A stretch of DNA of 32,000 bases from an uncultured archaeon. Its GTDB lineage: Archaea > Asgardarchaeota > Thorarchaeia > Thorarchaeales > CAZPUN01. Location: NCBI GenBank assembly GCA_964589775.1, contig CAZPUN010000012.1, positions 12,115 to 44,114 of the forward strand. The letters run 5' to 3'. Made by a program: the position numbers and the translations under genes. Of this stretch, positions 1 to 6,771 are shown in pieces. Below the pieces are notes generated by a model that worked only from the letters and a program-made list of their open reading frames with translations, searched no databases and had not been told where the DNA came from. The first letter of the stretch is position 1. Each line of letters opens with the position of its first letter.

Positions 1-2
1 AT

Positions 3-1193
3 ACAGAATCAGTAGAAAATACAATGAAAACGCAATTGTCACAAAATACAGAAAACGCAATTGAAGAAATTAGTTCTACCCATTCTGAGGAAATTGAATT
101 TGTAAATTCATTTGCAAATAATATGCAAAACATAGTTTCAGATATTTCAGATGAAATAACAACATCTTTGACTTCAACCGTAAATTCAACAAAAGATAAT
201 GTAGACAATAAAGCCAATGAATCACAAGAAAAGCTAAATACGCATATTGAAAATTCAAAAGCTACGATTTCAGAAACGATTGATCAAGGAATTGTAAGAA
301 TTACAGATACAATCAATGCATTAGACAACACTTTAGATCAAAATATAACAACATACAAACAAGTAATTTCCAATACATTAGATAGTGGAATTGAGAAAAC
401 AACAGAAGTATCAAATAATACAATAACAAACCTGAGAGAAGCATTAACTAACATAAGTCAGGATAGTAGAACAGGAATACAAAACATGAATAAGAATGTA
501 CAATTAACATTGACGACCTCAAAAGAATTCATACTAAATCAAATAAGTACTCAAATTTCTGTATTCGGAGAATTGTCTAATGAATTAAAAGAAAAGTATC
601 TTACGGCAGTCAATGAAGCAAATAGTGGATTATTACATATTTTCTCAGACGAAGCACTAGGAAAAATCACTGCAAATATGAGAGAAGCCGTGAATAACTC
701 AAATGAACTATCAAAATTACTAAAGACAATTTGGGATGAAGTAGCTGATATTAAACCAGTTCATACCAAGAAAACATGGACAGTCGTAACACGCAGTGGC
801 ATAATGGCACACATAAAGGATATGATCAAAAGAGCCAAATCACATATGCTTCTTGTTGTTCCTACAATAGCAGATGTTCCAGTAGATTTAATTCTAAAAA
901 TGAAGAAATCTGTTAGAACAGAAATAGTATTTGATGTAACTCAAAAAGATAAGAAAACTGCATTACAATTAGTACAACAAGGAAACATAAGAGTCAGAGA
1001 TAGAAAAGAACGCGACTATTACAGTTGTGTTATTGATGCGGAAGAAGTACTATTAGGTCCTGCAGCCCAAAAAGATGAAGAAAACATGGCGATCGTCTCA
1101 GAAGATGAAAATATAATTAAACTAGTTATGCAACATATGGGCCCAATATGGCAAGCACAGGCAAAGAATCTGAAAGAAGCAGACCTACAATAA
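3..1193 (+). CDS. 5'-truncated long helical (hendecad/apolipoprotein-like repeat) protein with C-terminal TrmB effector-binding/PLD-like domain
   Basis: The frame is open from base 3 (TESVENT-M), so the gene probably starts before the window. About 240 aa of S/T/N/E-rich sequence shows 11-residue hydrophobic periodicity. It is followed by an alpha/beta domain (MIKRAKSHMLLVVP...VRTEIVF...NIRVR...SCVIDAEEVLLG...IWQAQAK) resembling the TrmB C-terminal/PLD-like fold without an HKD motif. Confidence 0.6.
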   Translation, partial: TESVENTMKTQLSQNTENAIEEISSTHSEEIEFVNSFANNMQNIVSDISDEITTSLTSTVNSTKDNVDNKANESQEKLNTHIENSKATISETIDQGIVRITDTINALDNTLDQNITTYKQVISNTLDSGIEKTTEVSNNTITNLREALTNISQDSRTGIQNMNKNVQLTLTTSKEFILNQISTQISVFGELSNELKEKYLTAVNEANSGLLHIFSDEALGKITANMREAVNNSNELSKLLKTIWDEVADIKPVHTKKTWTVVTRSGIMAHIKDMIKRAKSHMLLVVPTIADVPVDLILKMKKSVRTEIVFDVTQKDKKTALQLVQQGNIRVRDRKERDYYSCVIDAEEVLLGPAAQKDEENMAIVSEDENIIKLVMQHMGPIWQAQAKNLKEADLQ

Positions 1194-1207
1194 CATTAAA
1201 TTCTTAA

Positions 1208-1227
1208 CTTTTATTTTTCCTTTTTTA
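1208..1227 (+). terminator. Oligo-T archaeal terminator candidate
   Basis: T-tracts (tttttatttttcctttttt) just after the stop codon of ORF1. Confidence 0.45.
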
Positions 1228-1269
1228 TATGAAAAATTTTAAAACACTATCAATGTTTGATGAAAATAA

Positions 1270-1347
1270 GCGGTTGTGGTCTAGACTGGTCTAGGACGGA
1301 AGCCTCCCAAGCTTCCAACCCGGGTTCAAATCCCGGCAACCGCACCA
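1270..1347 (+). tRNA. tRNA-Gly(CCC), CCA encoded
   Basis: Acceptor stem GCGGTTG/CAACCGC, anticodon arm GAAGC-CTCCCAA-GCTTC, T arm CCGGG-TTCAAAT-CCCGG, discriminator A then CCA. Confidence 0.97.
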
Positions 1348-1361
1348 CCAAATTTTGTATG

Positions 1362-1377
1362 GCAAAACATTATAAAA
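1362..1377 (+). promoter_or_regulatory. BRE-TATA promoter candidate for the C/D RNA
   Basis: GCAAAAC-ATTATAAAA lies about 25-30 nt upstream of the 5' arm of the terminal stem at 1400. Confidence 0.5.
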
Positions 1378-1399
1378 ACTATTTTTGAAAATATCAGGT

Positions 1400-1480
1400 A
1401 GATGACGAGTGATGAAATAAAGACCCCTATGAGAATTTAAAATTCGATGATTAAGATCTTGAGTATTGAACTCGTCATCT
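1400..1480 (+). ncRNA. Box C/D guide sRNA (predicted target Cm34 of tRNA-Leu CAA)
   Basis: Perfect 11-bp terminal inverted repeat AGATGACGAGT/ACTCGTCATCT. Box C GTGATGA (1409-1415), 13-nt guide, D' ATGA (1429-1432), hairpin GAATT-TAA-AATTC, C' CGATGA (1445-1450), 15-nt guide TTAAGATCTTGAGTA, D TTGA (1466-1469). Upstream TATA and downstream T-run. Confidence 0.75.
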
Positions 1481-1581
1481 TTTAAAAATATTTTCGGATA
1501 TCTCTCTGTTATTTGTATATTAAAACATACAATTTACATAAAACTTATTAGAGATAAAAGAAAGTATTAATGGGATAAAAA

Positions 1582-2793
1582 GTGTCGACCAATTTTCTTG
1601 AAGAAGAGCTACATAGAAAATCGGTATTCAGACCGAAAGGCGAGCGGTACTTGGATATTGAATATGTACCCCAAACAATGCCACATAGAGAAGAACATTT
1701 GAGACAATTAGCTCGAATTTTTAAATCAGTAATAGAGTCCCCAAGTAATACTAGTCAGAAAGTACTAATACATGGAAATACAGGAACTGGAAAAACTGCA
1801 GTTACTAAATATTTTGGGGCAATGATAGAAGATTCTGCAAGAAAACGGTCTTTACGAATTGATTATAAACATATTAATTGTAGAAGTAAAAAAACAGAAT
1901 ATTTAGTTCTTTTAACGATATTAAGACATTATGATAAGAATATTCCAAAACGTGGCTTTTCACCTTCTGAATTATTACATATGCTAATAGATATATTAGA
2001 AGCAGAAGATCGACATTTGGTACTTACGTTAGATGAAGTTGATTATTTAGTGAGGACAAGGGGTCCAGATTTAATTTACGATCTTACACGTTTAACTGAT
2101 GATCGTCTAAATGCGCCACAAAGGCTATCCTTAATTACAATAGTAAGAGATACTACGTTTCTAAATGTCTTAGATTCAAGTACATTAAGTACATTTCAAA
2201 AGAATGTTATGAAATTAGAAAAATATACAGCATCACAGCTTGAAGATATTTTAAACTTAAGGGTTCAATACGCATTTAGGGACAATACAGTTCCAAAAGA
2301 TACAATCTCATTAATTGCAGATATTGCATCAGATATGGGTGATGCACGCTATGCCATAGAATTACTATGGAAAGCGGGAAAATATGCAGATTCAAATAAC
2401 GCTGAACGCGTATATCCCGAATTTGTAAGACTTGCAAAATCCGAAATACATCCAGAAATTAGAAAAGAGATCTTAGATGCACTTTCAGACTCACAAAGAG
2501 TTTTACTATTATCGATCGCAAGGCAATTAATAAACAAAAAATCAGCATACATAACAATTGGCGAATTAGAAGAAATGTATCAAATAGTTAGTGAAGAATA
2601 CTCTATAAAGCCACGAGCCCATACTCAGGTATGGACACAAATTCAAGAGTTAGAACACCATGGGATAATATCTACAAAAATATCAGGCCAAGGATATAGA
2701 GGAAAAACAACATTAATTGGACTACCTGAAATTCCTGCAGAACAACTAGAACGTATACTAACAAAATATATGAAATCAGGGGAATATATATGA
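1582..2793 (+). CDS. cdc6: Orc1/Cdc6 replication initiator
   Basis: YVP..MPHREE motif, Walker A GNTGTGKT, HINC, Walker B LTLDEVD, GDARYAI sensor, C-terminal winged helix ending in GYRGKTT. GTG start. Confidence 0.96.
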   Translation: MSTNFLEEELHRKSVFRPKGERYLDIEYVPQTMPHREEHLRQLARIFKSVIESPSNTSQKVLIHGNTGTGKTAVTKYFGAMIEDSARKRSLRIDYKHINCRSKKTEYLVLLTILRHYDKNIPKRGFSPSELLHMLIDILEAEDRHLVLTLDEVDYLVRTRGPDLIYDLTRLTDDRLNAPQRLSLITIVRDTTFLNVLDSSTLSTFQKNVMKLEKYTASQLEDILNLRVQYAFRDNTVPKDTISLIADIASDMGDARYAIELLWKAGKYADSNNAERVYPEFVRLAKSEIHPEIRKEILDALSDSQRVLLLSIARQLINKKSAYITIGELEEMYQIVSEEYSIKPRAHTQVWTQIQELEHHGIISTKISGQGYRGKTTLIGLPEIPAEQLERILTKYMKSGEYI

Positions 2794-3071
2794 GCAAAGT
2801 AGAAACTACAAAAATACCGATAGAAGAAGTATTATCATCACGAGGAAGAGTTAAAATTCTTTCAGAACTAGCAAAAGCGGGTGAACTTAATATTTCAGAA
2901 TTAGCAAAAAGAGCAGGATTAAATCATGCGACGGCAAAGCAGCATCTTAAAATTTTAGTAAGATCTGGAATCGTAATTGAAAAAACATTTGGACGAATTC
3001 GGATCTATAAATTTAATAGTGATGACCTACGAGGACGCGCATTAAAGAAACTTTTTGAATCATGGGAATAG
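2790..3071 (+). CDS. Small winged-helix (ArsR-like) DNA-binding protein
   Basis: LSSRGRVKIL...ELNISELAKRAGLNHATAKQHLKILVRSGIV..KTFGRIRIY pattern. ATGA overlap with the cdc6 stop. Confidence 0.85.
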   Translation: MSKVETTKIPIEEVLSSRGRVKILSELAKAGELNISELAKRAGLNHATAKQHLKILVRSGIVIEKTFGRIRIYKFNSDDLRGRALKKLFESWE

Positions 3072-3106
3072 ATAAGTTAAAATAAAAAAGAATTATTCAT
3101 GGAACC

Positions 3107-3907
3107 ATGAATGTTGCCGTCAAAGTGTTTTACATAGGGACAAAATATCATGGCTCACAAATGCAACCGGGTTTGAGGACCATAGAAGGGGAATTACAAA
3201 AGGCTGTAAATAAATATAATGCAGAAAATTATGGTAAAGTAAAATTTTCAGGACGAACAGATAAAGGGGTGCACAGCTTAGGACAAATTGTAGTTTTACC
3301 AATTAAAGGCGAGATGTTTTATCCTGAAAAATTAAATACTGAGCTTCCAGAAGACATAATTGTATGGGCATGGACAAAAGTACCGCCTAATTTTAATCCA
3401 CGAAGAGACGTAAATTCAAGAACATATCGATATTTTTATCCAACATGGAATGTAAGTTTAGATTTTGAAAAAATGCGAATAGCTGCAAATGAATTCATAG
3501 GAGAACATAATTTTTCACATTTTGCAAAACCAAGAAACGATCAAAATCCGGTAACTATAATACACAATTTAGAGATTTTTCAAAATAACACATATATTGA
3601 ATTCAAAATACGTGGACGAAATTTTTTATGGATGATGGTTAGAAAGATAATAAGAGCACTAATTCAGGTAGGCTCAAATGAACTTAATATTGAGACTTTA
3701 CGGGACATCATAAATTTAAAATCAAAGCCACAGAAGGGTTTTCAGCCAGTACCAGCCAATGGATTAATTCTATGGGACATAGAAACAAAGTTTAATTTTA
3801 CGATCAATAAAAAAGGAATTAAACGCATAAAACAACTAGTAAATTCATATATATTTAATTTAGAACAAGGCTTAAACATTATGAAAAAAATTAATGACTT
3901 TATGTAA
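3107..3907 (+). CDS. truA: tRNA pseudouridine(38-40) synthase TruA
   Basis: YIGTKYHGSQMQP..RTIEG, catalytic SGRTDKGVHS, RTYRY, GEHNFSHF, FLWMMVRKI and P..GLIL motifs. Confidence 0.93.
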   Translation: MNVAVKVFYIGTKYHGSQMQPGLRTIEGELQKAVNKYNAENYGKVKFSGRTDKGVHSLGQIVVLPIKGEMFYPEKLNTELPEDIIVWAWTKVPPNFNPRRDVNSRTYRYFYPTWNVSLDFEKMRIAANEFIGEHNFSHFAKPRNDQNPVTIIHNLEIFQNNTYIEFKIRGRNFLWMMVRKIIRALIQVGSNELNIETLRDIINLKSKPQKGFQPVPANGLILWDIETKFNFTINKKGIKRIKQLVNSYIFNLEQGLNIMKKINDFM

Positions 3908-5090
3908 TAGTTATTTGTTTTTCATCGACATTTAGCCAATCGGCTATTTGCTTTTTGGGAATTTTGGTAAGGATTATTTTAAATAGCGCATAAAGAGAAT
4001 TTACTTCATTTAATGACAAATGTAGCTTATCAGCAATTAATTGCTTATTTAACAAATCCTTGTCACTTTTTCTTCTTCCAATATATACTAATAATGGCCA
4101 TTCGGATTCCGTAATGATTTTTTTATGAGGATATTTATTAGATCGCATTAATGCCAAAACAAGGAATTCATAAATATATTTTAATAAATTCCAATTCATA
4201 TTTTCGGAAATATTTTGTAAATATAGATCTGCTAGGGATATGTTTTTAATCACTACAAGCGCATCTTCTAATGACATGCCATTTAGCAAAGAGTTTTCAT
4301 AGAGCAATAATAGAGTAGTATCAGGATCTGTATCAAGATTTAGAGCTTTAAATTCAGAAATTTCTTTGAGCGATAGTAAATTCTTAATTGCATCCTCTAA
4401 AGTTAATTGTTGCTCTCTGAATGTATCACGATCAACAAAAGAATCATGTATAATTAGAGACTGTAAATCATTAATTGCAGCTCTCAAATCCCCATTTGAT
4501 CTATTAGCAATATTTTCTAAAATTTCATCAGAAACATCGATATGCTCCGCATTACATATTCTCTTTAAAATTTCAACAACATTTGATTTTGAAAGAGGCG
4601 CTAATTCAATAATTAATGAGAACTTTCCTAAGAATTTTGTTTGCGAACGATCTAATTCGTTTGCAGTAAAAATTATAGGATGTTGCGTTTTTTCAACTAA
4701 TTCTTTAAGTGATTTAAAACCACCACGGTCAAGAGAACCAGATAACCCATCAATTTCATCTAGCAGAATAACGCGATGTTCATTCCAGAAAGATTGAGTT
4801 AAAGCAGATTCAAGAACTGTAGATAGTATAGACTCCTTATTTCTTGTATCACTTGCATTAAATTCAACTACTTCATAACCAAGCGACTTTGCAGCAACAT
4901 AGACCATTGACGTCTTTCCAATTCCAGGAGGCCCAAATATAACTAAAGCTTTTTGTGCCTTTTTAGGAGACCATGATTTTATCCATCTAATTAATTGCGA
5001 TAGCTTGTCTTTATGCCCTATAAATTCACCAGGATTGCTAGGTCTATATTTTTCAACCCATGGAATTGAACCAGAATTCATGTATATCAT
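3900..5090 (-). CDS. rfcL: Replication factor C large subunit
   Basis: PWVEKYRP, GPPGIGKT, EFNASD, LLDEIDG, GDLRAAINDLQ. Lies directly downstream of rfcS. Confidence 0.93.
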   Translation of the reverse strand: MIYMNSGSIPWVEKYRPSNPGEFIGHKDKLSQLIRWIKSWSPKKAQKALVIFGPPGIGKTSMVYVAAKSLGYEVVEFNASDTRNKESILSTVLESALTQSFWNEHRVILLDEIDGLSGSLDRGGFKSLKELVEKTQHPIIFTANELDRSQTKFLGKFSLIIELAPLSKSNVVEILKRICNAEHIDVSDEILENIANRSNGDLRAAINDLQSLIIHDSFVDRDTFREQQLTLEDAIKNLLSLKEISEFKALNLDTDPDTTLLLLYENSLLNGMSLEDALVVIKNISLADLYLQNISENMNWNLLKYIYEFLVLALMRSNKYPHKKIITESEWPLLVYIGRRKSDKDLLNKQLIADKLHLSLNEVNSLYALFKIILTKIPKKQIADWLNVDEKQITIT

Positions 5091-6040
5091 CTCAGTTGAG
5101 CCATAAATGCGATTAATGAAGAGATCTGTATTTTACCAGATGCACCTTGACTTAATTGAAAATCAATGTTTCCAATTTCATGTAATATCTTAATTTTTTT
5201 AGATTCTTCAATATCAAGTTGTTTTACTGCAAGATGTATTTGTTTTAACAAATCCTCCGGAGAAATACCCTGCCCAATAATTAGATCGTCTATAATTTGT
5301 AATGCAGATTCAAATTCACCATGAATTGATGTGTTTACCAATTTTTCAATATCTTTTGGTGATGCGCGACCTGCGACCTTATATACATTTTCAGCTGTGA
5401 TATTAGAATCTAAAGCAGCTGCAGATTGAAGTAAATTAATTGCCACCCTCATATCCCCTTCACAAACATATAGAATTGCACCAAGTCCATCTTTTGTTAG
5501 ATTTATATTTTCTTTTTTAGCAATGTAGTTTAATCTTTCCGAAATAGATTCATCAGATAATGCATTAAATCTGAAAATAGCACATCTGCTTTGTATGGGA
5601 GGTATTATTTTCGATGAATAATTACAAATAAGTATGAATCTGCAAGTCGAAGAATATTCTTCCATTGTTCGTCTTAAGGCGTGCTGCGCATCAGAAGTTA
5701 AATGATCTGCTTCATCAAGGACTAATATTTTAAATGGTACATCACCAACAGGAAGCGCCCTAGCAAACTTTTTAATATTGTTTCGTACAACGCCAATTCC
5801 ACGCTCATCACTTGCATTTAATTCCATAAAATTATATTGATATGTTTCCTCACCATATAGCTCACGCGCGATACACAAAGCTGTAGTAGTTTTGCTTGTA
5901 CCGGGGGGTCCAGAAAACAAACAATGCGGAAGATCTTTTTGCTCCACCATTTTCTTTAGTTGTTTGACTATTGCATCTTGCCCAACAATTTCATCAAGTT
6001 GTTTAGGGCGGTATTTCTCAGTCCAGATAGTGGATTCCAT
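5087..6040 (-). CDS. rfcS: Replication factor C small subunit
   Basis: WTEKYRP, GPPGTSKT, ELNASDERGI, LDEAD, ALRRTME and the SRC motif. No intein. Confidence 0.97.
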   Translation of the reverse strand: MESTIWTEKYRPKQLDEIVGQDAIVKQLKKMVEQKDLPHCLFSGPPGTSKTTTALCIARELYGEETYQYNFMELNASDERGIGVVRNNIKKFARALPVGDVPFKILVLDEADHLTSDAQHALRRTMEEYSSTCRFILICNYSSKIIPPIQSRCAIFRFNALSDESISERLNYIAKKENINLTKDGLGAILYVCEGDMRVAINLLQSAAALDSNITAENVYKVAGRASPKDIEKLVNTSIHGEFESALQIIDDLIIGQGISPEDLLKQIHLAVKQLDIEESKKIKILHEIGNIDFQLSQGASGKIQISSLIAFMAQLR

Positions 6041-6128
6041 TTTTCAGCAGCCTCATCAAATAAAATATTATTCAATAAGAGAAAGTATATCATTGAATTT
6101 AAATTTAATCAAGTCTATATTTAGAATC

Positions 6129-6695
6129 ATGAATAATAATTTAAACACCAACATTACAAAACAATTGAAACGAATATGGTTTAAAATATCACATGAGAAA
6201 ATTCCAGTTATATTCAAACAACCAATTGATGAAATTAATTTAGCAGGAATAAAAATAGGACCATATCAAAAGGGAAGCGAAGTAAATTTAGAATGGTGGA
6301 TAACACAACATCTGATATCAGAAGAAATTGTAGAGCCAAAAATATCAATTTTACAATTTTTATCAGATTTAGAAAAAGAAAATTTCAAAGAGATTAATAA
6401 TTCAAGACTACAAGAAGTTGATAAGGATCTATACTTTGCAACAACGTTATATCGTAAAATCATAATTGAGCGCTCAAGAAAAAATCCAGAGCCTATGATT
6501 ATGCACCAATATGAAAAGATTGCATCATTACTTTTCGACATTTCCTTAAAGCGCGCAGCAAAATTATTAAAAATAGCTCACGCAGGAGAGCCAACAAGAG
6601 AACAAATGAACCGAATGACAGAAGAAGAAAAAACAATTGTGAAAATTTTATCAACTGTATTATCAACTTGGAAGAATTTCTTAGAAGAAACTTGA
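6129..6695 (+). CDS. GINS complex subunit (Gins23/Psf2-like)
   Basis: N-terminal B-domain (IGPYQKGSEVNLEWWIT..L) followed by a helical A-domain (R..KLLK.A...MTEEEK). Immediately upstream of mcm. Start moved to the ATG at 6129 because the longer ORF-track call overlaps rfcS. Confidence 0.85.
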   Translation: MNNNLNTNITKQLKRIWFKISHEKIPVIFKQPIDEINLAGIKIGPYQKGSEVNLEWWITQHLISEEIVEPKISILQFLSDLEKENFKEINNSRLQEVDKDLYFATTLYRKIIIERSRKNPEPMIMHQYEKIASLLFDISLKRAAKLLKIAHAGEPTREQMNRMTEEEKTIVKILSTVLSTWKNFLEET

Positions 6696-6771
6696 TTTTC
6701 CAATTATGATATCTTTATATAAAAAAGTTAAGTATCTTAATAATGATAGCCAAACAGGTGTAATATGAAAA

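Noticed and set aside
1400-1480. MITE or SECIS interpretation of the 11-bp inverted repeat
   Set aside because: No target-site duplication or second copy, and no selenoprotein ORF nearby. The box layout and tRNA complementarity favour a C/D RNA.
1350-1581. Canonical replication origin (ORB repeats) upstream of cdc6
   Set aside because: No TTCCA-N-TGGAAA/G-string ORB or repeated mini-ORB is visible. The main inverted repeat is better explained as a C/D RNA stem.
5892-6128. N-terminal extension of the GINS ORF
   Set aside because: It overlaps rfcS antisense. The GINS-like sequence begins near the ATG at 6129.
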